The notes under the pieces were generated by a model, which was given only the letters and a program-made list of their open reading frames with translations, searched no databases and was not told the origin of the DNA. From contig NC_047017.1 in assembly GCF_902652985.1 (NCBI RefSeq), positions 17,794,001 to 17,858,000 on the forward strand: DNA of 64,000 nucleotides. Direction: 5' to 3'. The position numbers were made by a program, and so were the translations under genes. The stretch comes from Pecten maximus. Its lineage: Eukaryota. Positions 35,453-48,200 of this stretch are shown piece after piece (position 1 is the stretch's first letter; the number at the start of each line of letters is the position of its first letter).

Positions 35453-38400
35453 ATGGAAACACCTGTTAATCTGAGGTGGTCACACTGCTTCATTGGTGTA
35501 ATGATAATAACTCTTGTTTTTGGTCTATCTCTGACGTCAATGATCACAAGTCAGTATTCAGACTATTACCTGGAGACTTACATGTTCCCAAACACAACCG
35601 ACCCTAACATGGAAAATGTTTCAACTTGCAATATGAACAAGTCGACCGAGAAATACCGCGAGAAAACGGAGGTTCAGAAAGCAGCATCACAACTAGATAT
35701 ATATGCCTCGGTGTCAGAAACCGGCCCTGCCCTCATCACCTTAGCCATCATGGGTACCCTTAGTGATCGATTCGGAAGGAACAAAATTCTGATGATCAAC
35801 ATATCGTTTTGTTTAGCAGCTTTCTGTCTTTCAAGTGCAATAATTTATTTCGAGATCAACGTTTACTACTTCTTAATCAGCGGTACACTTTACAGTATAG
35901 GAGGTGGTTTATTTGGTGCACTGTCTATTGGATTTGCCTATATTTCCGATATAACAGATTCTGGAAAGCAACGAACTTTACTTATAGCTCTTCTTGAAGC
36001 TCTTATCGGGGTAAGCGGAGCAGTATCAGACATTGCTTCTGGGTACATGATTGAGAGAATCGGTTTCTTCTATTCAAATTTATGCGCATGTGCTGCAGCG
36101 GTCACTTCCGTTTTGGTAGTTGCGTTGTTGCTGCCGAATTCCCTTCCTTCTGACATGGACTCATCGCATCATACAGTATGTGAACACATCAGTGCATCAT
36201 TTGCTTTCTACTTTAAACCATCACCTAAAAGATACAAATATGTCCTCACTATAACATTGTTCATGGTTGCATCGCTTTCAATATTAGGCAAATCACCCGT
36301 TGAGGTGCTTTTTCAGTAGAATGTGCCATTTTGCTGGTCTCCAATAAATGAGGGATATTTCTCGACAATTTCATTAGCATCCAAGATGGTAGTTGGCGTA
36401 ACCATCATGAAAGTCCTCCAGATATTTTTCGTTGACGAAGTTATCGCCATTCTCGGCGGTATTTCTGGCATGGCCTCCAGCATTGTGGAGGCATTTGCCG
36501 TTGATGATGCCACGCTATTTGCAGGTAAGCATGAGTAATGCAAACGACTTTGGTGTCTTTAATAAACTTTGGGCTTACAAATCACTTAGGATATTTGAAA
36601 TATCAGTTTTAATTTTTTTCTTCTTTTTTTCTTTCTTTTGTTTTTGATTTTGTGTCACCTAAAATGGGTTAAATGACTGTATGGATTTAATTTTTAATAT
36701 CGTCCATGTAGTTCAAGTAGCTATGATGCATGTTTCCAGGTTTAATTGTCGCCCATCAAAAAAGACAAAAGAAACCGTAGACTGATATACGAATATGAAT
36801 GTTTTATAACGGAATGTAACTAAAGTCATGATTGTATTTCCCGAAGTTTATGTTATGAATGTCTTTACAGCAGTTACAAAATACTAAATAGAGAGAGTCA
36901 TGTCATTTACAGAGATAAGTTATCAGCTTTGGATCCAACCTTGTCGTGTATTTATATATATATCCTAAAGTCGAGTCAGATTTAAACTATTTCTGAATAA
37001 TGTACGATTGGCCATTGTATTACACTTATCTACCATATTGCCAATATTTCTAGTAACTATCTCTTCTCGATATTCCAGGATACAGACCCTATTGATAGGT
37101 AGATACCACCCCAAATATTCCATGAAACCGCCCTTTTTCGTGGTTCTACGTATCTTCATCCCCCCCCCCCCCCCTCAAAAAATCGAGATTGAATGTGGTT
37201 ATACTACATCTCTATATTTCAGCTTCTGTTATTGGGTATGTTGTCAGCATTCCAGGCATATATCTATCTCAAAGTTCAGAGACTGACAGTTGACATCTCT
37301 ATATTTCAGTCCCTGACATAGCTTGTCAACATTCCAGGCATAACTATATGTATCTCATCTCAAAGCTCCGAGACTGACATTGGACATCTTTATATTTCAG
37401 TTCCTGTAATAGGAATAGGCTGTCAAGAGTTCAGGCATAACTATATGTATCTAATCTCAAAGCTCCGAGACTGACAGTTGACATCTCTATATTTCAGTCC
37501 CTGACATAGCTTGCCAACATTCCAGGCATAACTATATGTATCTCATCTCAAAGCTCCGAGACTGACATTGGACATCTTTATATTTCAGTTCCTGTAATAG
37601 GAATAGGCTGTCAAGAGTTCAGGCATAACTATATGTATCTAATCTCAAAGCTCCGAGACTGACAGTTGACATCTCTATATTTCAGTTCCTGTCATAGGTT
37701 GTCTCAGCACATTAATTCTTCCCATTGTTAGAGCAATCATGTCCAAACTGACGCCTGCTCACCAACAGGGTATGTTTTAAAAAAGTGTAAATGATTATAA
37801 TTGTTCATCGATTTTTACGTGTAAGAGAACTTAACTAATTTAAACATCCTGCCAATCGTTTTGTTTTCAAAATATCTAACCTATATCTCATCATATGAAG
37901 CAGTGTGTATGTAAATCATTCCTATTTATATTATATACCCGTATAAATTAAAGCTCATCTCATTCATCACATAGGTATCAACTTATATGGGCCATGGTAT
38001 CACTGACAAATCCTTTGTCAACGTCGGTTTCATATTACTTACCATTACAGGTGCCCTTTTCAAGTGGGAATAGCTGTGGTGGAGATAGCAACAAGCCTGG
38101 GAAGTAATGCCGGAGCGTCGGCCATCTACATGGCAACAGTTGACACCTTACGGGGGTTCGTCTTCCTCGTATTTGCCGGTCTTTCATTCCTAGCAATAAT
38201 TATGTTATTGTAAGTGTATTAAGGTTCTTTTTTATATTGTGATGCTGCAGGTTTATTCTGCAGTACCAATCAATGGTAATAATTTTGAACGAAAGTAAAT
38301 ATGATTTTATCCACTTTCAGAAATAACTTAATGTATTTGTTCAGATTAATTTCAACAAATTGTTCTATCCATTCAGTTTAGACCTGGCAAATACCCAGGA

Positions 38401-39790
38401 TTAATTGAATATCAATGTTGCTATGTTTTGAAAGTAAAAAACGTTCTCTATATATTTTTGTCCCAAAACATGACGAACCATTATTTCTACCCTGATGATT
38501 CCTCTAGTTACACATCGGTCTGGTAATGTGACATTTACTGATCACGTTTGCTCTCGACAAGATATTAATTCTGTTCTTGGTCTTAACAATCCTGGTGATA
38601 GATAGTATGATTTCGATTTGAAAGTTACAGTAAGCACAGTTATAACATCAGGATTATGATGTTTGGATTGATCATCTTAAATGGAAATCCCGTATCGATT
38701 ATCAATGACTTTCCGTAGCGCTGTGGGCCCCCATTGCACTAAGATGTAGTTATATATACTAGCAGTTGGTTGATGTATATCAATATGACTTTAAAAAAAA
38801 AATTCCTTGATGATACTCTCCATTAGATTTGATATAGTTAGACTCGTTAGCATGTTGATCTCTGATATTCTCTTGTCTCCCTCTGACAGTTTACTTTATC
38901 TACAGCTATCGTACTCAAAGATTCACGGGTTTAGATCAAAAGAACCGGGTCACGATTCATGCGTGTGACTTTTATATCATAACCAGTGTAGGATTTAAAC
39001 ATGGCGTTTCGTTGACTACATCAGAAAATGACCAGTGCAGAGCAATTCACATTTAAATGTTATGTATACGAAATTGTAACAAACTCGACAGGTCTTTTTC
39101 TTTTACACTCCGAAGGTTACTCAGTGTAGTCCCCGAAACTACCAACCGGAAGAACATGTTTCATAGCATTCGCATATCTACTGCTTCTCAAAGCTTTCAG
39201 GTTGTTGCTATATCAGTTTGGCGGTTCTATTGATTTTAGACTTCGTTCTTTGTCACTTTATTTTTAGTGTTTGCACACGACAAAATTATAATGTTCATAA
39301 ATGTTTTGTTCACATTTGATACTGAAGAATCTGCCAACATTATTTTTCTCATCAACATAAACGAACCAACATTGGTCACTTATCCAATATGTCGTTTCTT
39401 TAACTGCTGCTGTTTCGAAATTTCTTTGAATTCCTATCTCTAAATAGTTCTGTGGTCGTTTCTGCATTTTCTTGCAAGGATTTTAAAATCTTGACTACGA
39501 ATTTACCATAATTTTAACGTCTCTTAATATAATGTGCTTTTATTTTAAGTTAAAATAACTGCACTTGCATCGATCGATAGTGGATATGATAATCGGATGG
39601 AATTTTTATTTTTTTTTTTTTTTTGGTATTGCTTGAAGCGGAGATGGTTCCGAGCTCAATGCTATAAAACAATTAATTTCATTATGCAAATTCTAGGATT
39701 TACCGCATCACGGCTGGAGGGGCTAAGACAGTACCAATACCGGATATGACCAAAGAAATCAACTGTACTCAGGTAGTGGCAGAGGACTGA
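35453..39790 (+). pseudogene. SLC46: SLC46-family copy 5, disrupted
   Basis: Exons 35453-36524, 37686-37769, 38051-38209, 39697-39790. CAG TAG AAT at 36317-36319 where paralogs have CAG TTG AA(T/C). Third coding exon is 159 nt instead of 157 (TTCAAGTGGGAATA versus TTCGCNGGAATA). Confidence 0.85.
37205..37700 (+). repeat. ~91/97-bp dimeric tandem repeat containing the exon acceptor of copy 5
   Basis: ACATCT(C/T)TATATTTCAG ends at 37222, 37309, 37400, 37497, 37588 and 37685 (spacings 87, 91, 97, 91, 97). Confidence 0.9.
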
Positions 39791-39859
39791 AACACCTGGG
39801 ACAGAGCATACGGGTTATAACGACATACATGACGGGGATGGAGCATAAACATTAGAGAG

Positions 39860-40510
39860 TGGGACTGGTTGGTACTTTGGAAGCTGCAAGCGGTGGTGTG
39901 ATAGGTGTTGTTGAGGACGTGGGGTGGGTGATGGTGTAATATGGGTTTGTTCGGCGCTTTGGTAAGTTGCGGGCGGTGGTGTGATAGGTGTGGTTAAAGA
40001 CGTGGGGTGGGTGAGGGTGTAATATGGGTTTGTTCGGCGCTTTGGTAAGTTGCGGGCGGTGGTGTGATAGGTGTGGTTAAGGATGTGGGATTGGTGATGG
40101 TGTAATGAGGGTGTGGTCGATACTTTAAGTTGCGAGCGGTGGTGTGATTGAGGATGTGGAGTGGGTGATGGTGTAATGTGGGCGTGGTTGGTGTTTTGGT
40201 AAGATGCGGGCGGTGGTTGTTGTTAGAGGAGGGTTTGAGGATTTTCAGTTAAGGATGGTGTGTGGGCGTTGTCGGCAGTTTGGTAAGCTATGTGCGATGG
40301 TATGAGTGGTATGATTGAAGATGTGGGCTGGATGATGATGTGTTAGATTGGTGTGGTTGGTGCTTGGGTTAATTGTATGCGGTATTAGGTGTGAGAGGGG
40401 TTTGGAAATTTGAAGTTGGGGACGATTGTGTGGGCGTTGTTGAAAGTTTGGTAAATCGTGGGCGATGGTATGAGTGGTGTAATTGAGGATGTAGAGTGCG
40501 TAGCGGTGTA
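39860..40510. repeat. G/T-rich ~83-bp degenerate tandem repeat just downstream of the copy 5 stop
   Basis: GCGGTGGTGTGATAGGTGT at 39890, 39973 and 40056, decaying thereafter. Confidence 0.85.
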
Positions 40511-42593
40511 GTAATTTCTGATAACAAATGACAGAATGTGCGCGTGGTTGATAGTTAGGTAAAGTTGTGACAGGTGTAGTTAAATATGTAGGATAGGTGA
40601 TTATTTAAGGATTGAATCTTGATTTGGTCGATTTCATGGGGTCATGAATTGAGTTGCTCTTGAGACAAATTTAATGAACTGCGAAGATTCAATCCTTATA
40701 TTTCAATTGTTTTTTTTTTCGAATAAAAAAGTCGGTCTAGATATTAATATCTTGTGCTTGTGCAAGTCTTAAATGCGGAAAAGCCCGAGGAGTAAAATAG
40801 TCCGCAATTTTAGGATTAAAAAAAAGTATCTAGCATATTTGGTCCTTCATAAAATACAAGATCACATTATCAATTTGATAATTTTAATAATTAATCCATG
40901 TTTATAACAACAATGTAGAAAAAGTGAAATAGTTCCGCGGAAGGATTTTAACCATGTATTCATACGCACTGATCAGTGTTAATCTGGTCAAATTCATGAG
41001 CAAATGAAACAGATTAAGTTTGGTAGTTTCATCGAGTCCAACTTGGGTAGAAATTGAAATATTAAGATATGAGAGGACGTAGTGTATCGTGATAACAAAT
41101 GACAGGATTTGGCGTGGATAAGTCAGGTAATCACAATAGATTTTGTAAAGTGGGTGCTATTGTTGTTTTATAATTGTTCTGCATGTGTTGTGTAACGACA
41201 TTCATTATGACATCCTTATGTTGTTATTTCTCTCATTTTTATATATTATTTTATCTGAAACACTTTTGTGTTTCGTATCCCTAACTGCAGTATTGGATAC
41301 GTGACACACGTGTTCCTAACGAATGTCTATAATACTAGCGAAAACGCTATATCAATCAAACATAACATTAATGGTAAAAAAATTCTCTGAGAACGAACAA
41401 CTTGTAGAATAATTATTCATAACGAATACATATTATTTACAATGCTGATGACAGATCGTTATTTCTGAATCGTTTTGCACTTGTAGACACGAATAAACAC
41501 TTGTAACATGTATCACAATGTCTGTGATGTGAAATATGTAAACAAAGTTTTTCATTGATGTGGCTATATACTAGCATGTTAAATGCTATATACAGACATT
41601 ACACCTGCTTGACTGTATAATGTGTATTGACATTATTTACACATACATGTAAATTAACTTCATACTTGCATGACGTTCTCATATATATACTCGTATATCG
41701 CCGTTATCATATCCCCGTACAGTATATTGACAATGTCGTGTATCTATGTTAACAAAAATCACCTGAATGTTGACCATTAACATGCACATACCTGCACGAC
41801 GACAACCTCCGTGTAGCTGTATATTGACAATTATCGTATACCCTTATATTAACCACTGCCATATACCTGTATATTGTCATCTACCGTGTACCTGTATATT
41901 GTCATCTACCGTGTACCTGTATATTGTCAACTACTGTGTACCTGTATATTGTCAACTACTGTGTACCTGTATATTGTCAACTAATGTGTACCTGTATATT
42001 GTCAACTACCGTGTACCTGTGTATTGTCAACTACCGTGTACCCATACAACGGCAACTACCGTGTGCATGTATATTGACAACTACCATGTATCTGTAAATT
42101 GACAACTACTGTGTATATGTACATTGACAACTACCGTGTATGGTAACAACTACCATGTATCTGTATATTGACAACTACCGTGTATCTGTACATTGACAAC
42201 TACTGTGTATAGGTATATTGATAACTACCGTGTATCTGTACATTGACAACTACTGTGTATAGGTATATTGATAACTACCGTGTATCTGTATATTGACAAC
42301 TACTGTGTATAGGTATATTGATAACTACCGTGTATATGTACATTGACAACTAATGTGTATCTGTACATTGACAACTACCGTGCATCTGTACATTGATAAC
42401 TACCGTGTATCTGTATATTAACAACTACCGTGTATCTTTACATTAATAACTACCGTGTTTCTGTACATTAATAACTACCGTGTATCTGTATATTGTCAAC
42501 TACCTTGTACACGAATATCAACAACTACCATGTATATGTATATTGACAACTACCGTGTATGTCAACAACTACCGTGTATCTGTACATTGACAA

Positions 42594-42911
42594 TTGTTAT
42601 ACACCTATAAAATAGTTTCTATAGAAACTCTTTTGACAAAAATGCCAATAAATGAACTGTTCCGTCGAGCGGTCCAAAGAACTGTTAAAATCAACTGTTA
42701 AAACGTGCTGTTGAACGGGAGTGACGTCACACCAACAATTCGTGACGTCAATGGGTTATAACAAAACAGTTATCGATTGGGTTTTCGGGCAACAAATGAT
42801 TTGTTGGACCCTCACACAAACTGTTGCCCTCGGCCTTCGGCCTCTGGCAACAGTTTGCCTTCGGGTCCAACAAATAATCTGTTGCCCTCGACCCCAGTCA
42901 ACAACTGTATA
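42594..42911. mobile_element. 318-bp hairpin-ended element inside the satellite, copy 1
   Basis: Lies between GACAA and CTACC of a satellite unit with no obvious target duplication; the 3' half is an imperfect palindrome centred on CCTCGGCCTTCGGCCTC. Confidence 0.8.
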
Positions 42912-43699
42912 CTACCGTGTATATGTATATTGACAACTACCGTGTATGTTAACAACTACCGTGTATCTGTATATCAACAACTACCGTGTATCTTTACATT
43001 GACAACTACCGTGTATCTTTATATTAACAACTACCGTGTATCTTTACATTGACAACTACCGTGTATCTTTACATTGACAACTACCGTGTATCTGTACATT
43101 GACAACTACCGTGTATCTTAACATTGACAACTACCGTGTATCTGTACATTGACAACTACCGTGTATCTTTACATTGACAACTACCGTGTATCTTTACATT
43201 GACAACTACCGTGTATCTGTACATTGACAACTACCGTGTATCTGTACATTGACAACTACCGTGTATCTGTACATTGACAACTACCGTGTATCTTTACATT
43301 GACAACTAACGTGTATCTGTACATTGACAACTACCGTGTATCTGTACATTGACAACTACCGTGAATCTTAACATTGACAACTACCGTGTATCTGTACATT
43401 GACAACTACCGTGTATCTGTACATTGACAACTACCGTGTATCTTTACATTGACAACTATCGTGTATCTTTACATTAACAACTACCGTGTATCTGTACATT
43501 GATAACTACCGTGTATCTGTATATTAACAACTACCGTGTATCTTTACATTAATAACTACCGTGTTTCTGTACATTAATAACTACCGTGTATCTGTATATT
43601 GTCAACTACCTTGTACACGAATATCAACAACTACCATGTATATGTATATTGACAACTACCGTGTATGTCAACAACTACCGTGTATCTGTACATTGACAA

Positions 43700-44017
43700 T
43701 TGTTATACCCCTATAAAATAGTTTCTATAGAAACTCTTTTGACACAAATGCCAATAAATGAACTGTTCCGTCGAGCGGTCCAAAGAACTGTTAAAATCAA
43801 CTGTTAAAACGTGCTGTTGGACCGGAGTGACGTCACACCAACAATTCGTGACGTCAATGGGTTATAACAAAACAGTTATCGATTGGGTTTTCGGGCAACA
43901 AATGATTTGTTGGACCCTCACACAAACTGTTGCCCTCGGCCTTCGGCCTCTGGCAACAGTTTGCCTTCGGGTCCAACAAATAATCTGTTGCCCTCGACCC
44001 CAGTCAACAACTGTATA
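43700..44017. mobile_element. 318-bp hairpin-ended element, copy 2
   Basis: Near-identical to 42594-42911, with the same junctions. Confidence 0.8.
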
Positions 44018-44955
44018 CTACCGTGTATATGTATATTGACAACTACCGTGTATGTTAACAACTACCGTGTATCTGTATATCAACAACTACCGTGTATCTT
44101 TACATTGACAACTACCGTGTATCTTTATATTAGCAACTACTGTGTATCTTTACATTGACAACTACCGTGTATCTGTACATTGACAACTACCGTGTATCTT
44201 AACATTGACAACTACCGTGTATCTGTACATTGACAACTACCGTGTATCGTTACATTGACACTGACCGTGTATATGTTACATTGACACCTTACCGTGTATC
44301 TGTACATTGACAACTACCGTGAATCTTAACATTGACAACTACCGTGTATCTGTACATTGACAACTAACGTGTACTCTGTACAATTGCAGGCTACGTGTAT
44401 CTTTACATTGACAACTACCGTATCTTTACATTGCCAAACTACCGGGTATCTTTACATGACAACTACCGGGTATCTGTAACTTGACAACTACCGTGTATCT
44501 TTACATTGACAACTATCGTGTACCTTTACATTAACAACTACCGTGTATCTGATTTAAACAACTACGTTGCTCTGTTTTTAAACAACTACCGTTGTATGCT
44601 GTATATTAACAAACTCCCGTGTACTGTACTTGACAACTATAGTGTATATGTACATTGACAACTACCGGTATCCTGTACATTTACAACTACCGTGTATCTG
44701 TAATTGACAACTACGTGTATCTTTAATTAACAACTACCGTGTATCTGTACATTAACAACTACCGTGTATCTGTATATTGACAACTACCGTGTTCCTGTAT
44801 ATTGACAACTACCGTGTTCCTGTATATTAACAACTACCTTGTATCTGTATATTAACAACTACCGTTAATATGTACATTACAACTACCTGTATCTTAATTG
44901 ACAACTACCGTGTATCTTATATGTCAACAACTACCGTGTATCTGTACATTGACAA

Positions 44956-45273
44956 TTGTTATACCCCTATAAAATAGTTTCTATAGAAACTCTTTTGACA
45001 CAAATGCCAATAAATGAACTGTTCCGTCGAGCGGTCCAAAGAACTGTTAAAATCAACTGTTAAAACGTGCTGTTGGACCGGAGTGACGTCACACCAACAA
45101 TTCGTGACGTCAATGGGTTATAACAAAACAGTTATCGATTGGGTTTTCGGGCAACAAATGATTTGTTGGACCCTCACACAAACTGTTGCCCTCGGCCTTC
45201 GGCCTCTGGCAACAGTTTGCCTTCGGGTCCAACAAATAATCTGTTGCCCTCGACCCCAGTCAACAACTGTATA
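44956..45273. mobile_element. 318-bp hairpin-ended element, copy 3
   Basis: Appears identical to 43700-44017, with the same junctions. Confidence 0.8.
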
Positions 45274-48200
45274 CTACCGTGTATATGTATATTGACAACT
45301 ACCGTGTATGTTAACAACTACCGTGTATCTGTATATCAACAACTACCGTGTATCTTTACATTGACAACTACCGTGTATCTTTATATTAACAACTACCGTG
45401 TATCTTTACATTGACAACTACCGTGTATCTTTACATTGACAACTACCGTGTATCTGTACATTGACAACTACCGTGTATCTTAACATTGACAACTACCGTG
45501 TATCTGTACATTGACAACTACCGTGTATCTTTACATTGACAACTAACGTGTATCTGTACATTGACAACTATCGTGTATCTGTACATTGACAACTACCGTG
45601 AATCTTAACATTGACAACTACCGTGTATCTGTACATTGACAACTACCGTGTATCTGTACATTGACAACTACCGTGTATCTTTACATTGACAACTACCGTG
45701 TTCCTGTATATTAACAACTACCGTGTTCCTGTATATTAACAACTACCGTGTATCTGTATATTGACAACTACCGTATTCCTGTATATTAACAACTACCGTG
45801 TTCCTGTATATTAACAACTACCGTGTATCTGTATATTGACAACTACCGTGTTCCTGTATATTGACAACTACCGTGTTCCTGTATATTAACAACTACCTTG
45901 TATCTGTATATTAACAACTACCGTTAATATGTACATTGACAACTACCCTATATCTGTATGTTAACAACTACCCTATATCTGTATATTAACAACTACCGTG
46001 TTCCTGTATATTAACAACTACCGTGTATCTTTACATTAACATCTACCATGTATCTGTATATTGACAACTACCGTGTTCCTGTATATTGACAACTACCCTA
46101 TATCTGTATATTAACATCTACTGTGAATCTTTACATTAGCAAATACCGTGTATCTGTATATTGACAACTACCGTGTTCCTGTATATTAACAACTACCGTG
46201 TATCTGTATATTAACAACTACCGTTAATATGTACATTGACAACTACCCTATATCTGTATGTTAACAACTACCGTGTATCTTTACATTAACATCTACCATG
46301 TATCTGTACATTGACAACTACCGTGTATCTGTACATTGACAACTACCGTGTATCTGTATATTGACAACTACCGTGTATCTGTATATTGACAACTACCGTG
46401 TATCTGTATATTAACAACTACGGTGTATCTGTATATTAACAACTACCGTATATCTGTACATTGACAACTACCGTGTACCTGTACATTGACAACTACCGTG
46501 TATCTGTATATTGACAACTACCGTGTATCTGTACATTGACAACTACCGTGTATCTGTATATTGACAACTACCGTGTATCTGTATATTGACAACTACCGTG
46601 TATCTGTATATTAACAACTACCGTGTATCTGTATATTAACAACTACCGTGTATCTGTACATTGACAACTACCGTGTACCTGTACATTGACAACTACCGTG
46701 TATCTGTATATTGACAACTACCGTGTATCTGTACATTGACAACTACCGTGTATCTGTATATTAACAACTATCGTGTATCTTTACATTCACAAATACCGTG
46801 TTCCTGTATATTGACAACTACCGTGTTCCTGTATATTGACAACTACCGTGTATCTGTATATTGACAACTACCGTGCATGTGTATATTAACAACTACCGTG
46901 TATCTGTATATTGACAACTACCGTGTATCTGTACATTGACAACTACCGTGTACCCGTATATTAACTACTACCGTTTACCTGTTGGAGAATTACAGTATCC
47001 TTTACCTATCATCAAACATTTCAACACACCAGGCATTAGTATATAGATATCTATATTATTTTCCTAAGGAACATGACATAATCGGATTGGTTCCCGGCAC
47101 AGGCGTTGTTCGTTAAAGGAACACATGTGATAATTATATAGAAAATAAATAAATAAAATAAATAAATAAAATAAATAATTAGTCTCGTTAAAGTATACCA
47201 TGGTACAGTGATGCCTCGTTTACAACCATAAGCTAGGAGCTACAAAAGCTTTCAAATGTAGAGTAATCAGAAAATTGTATGCATGATATACAATGCATAT
47301 ACACTTAAATATCTTAAAATTAAATCCAAACAGTTCACCGCATAATATAGAGTATGTCTAAGTGTTTATAGTACACATTTCGACCAGGTACAAAAGGGAG
47401 ATTTAAATAAAACGCTTGTGTGTTAATCCAGGTGACGAGAATATGTAAGTAAGTATCTAAACACTCTGCCGACTGTGACAGCTTTTTGACAGTCGCCTAG
47501 TCCCTTCATCGATCAGCAGGTTCTCCTAAGGGCCTGGACCCTGGCTACCCAGCCCGGTAACACAGCAACTTGTCTGCCCTATTTGGGTAGAAGATCTCTA
47601 AAATCAACGGGATTGTGTCCTAATATCTTATATCAAAGAGAAACGAATCTTGGTTTCAGTAGACAGCGGGTAAATCTCCAATAGGAAAGACTGTCTTCAT
47701 TGAATGGCCTCAGTGCTGTGTATTTCAGAACAACGAAAATAATTCTTTTTCGGAGGGACAAATTTTGGACAAAAATATTCCTTGGCGAAGAAACGGTTTC
47801 TACAATCAACTTTAAACAAGTAAGTACTGTGAAATGTACGAAAACAAAGGAAATACAATCACAATCGATAAACGTTATCGTACTTATCTACCTTATATAT
47901 AAATAATCAATACATATTTAGATGTAACCCTGGAGGTTTAAAAGTACGATAGAGTGGGTAAAGTAGGAAGAACACTCGACTTAAACAAAGAAGTTGGGAA
48001 TGTGAAAATAAAACGATATATTACACATAGGAAAAGGTATATTCCTCTACCACTATACACCACAGCATCACAACCTACAAGTAGCCCCTAATACCTTTCT
48101 ATGTATAGTACATTCTCACCGCAAACAATGAGAGAATGCAAACGTATGTACTTAACTGTAATTCTAACTCAGAAAAGATGAAACTATGGCAAATTATGAA

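Larger units (their letters stand above)
41810..46982. repeat. 25-bp satellite (CTACCGTGTATCTGTACATTGACAA)n, ~5.2 kb
   Basis: Directly visible tandem array, interrupted three times by the same 318-bp insert. Confidence 0.98.

Noticed and set aside
36317-36319. Recoded stop (selenocysteine or readthrough) in copy 5
   Set aside because: The codon is TAG replacing Leu, not TGA replacing Cys, and a separate downstream frameshift exists.
42721-45414. Triplicated 70-93-aa ORFs
   Set aside because: Chance frames across the 318-bp insert and satellite; one is broken in the first copy.
41810-46982. CRISPR-like appearance of short repeats with interspersed unique segments
   Set aside because: Repeats are contiguous without unique spacers, the three inserts are copies of one sequence, there are no cas genes, and the context is eukaryotic.
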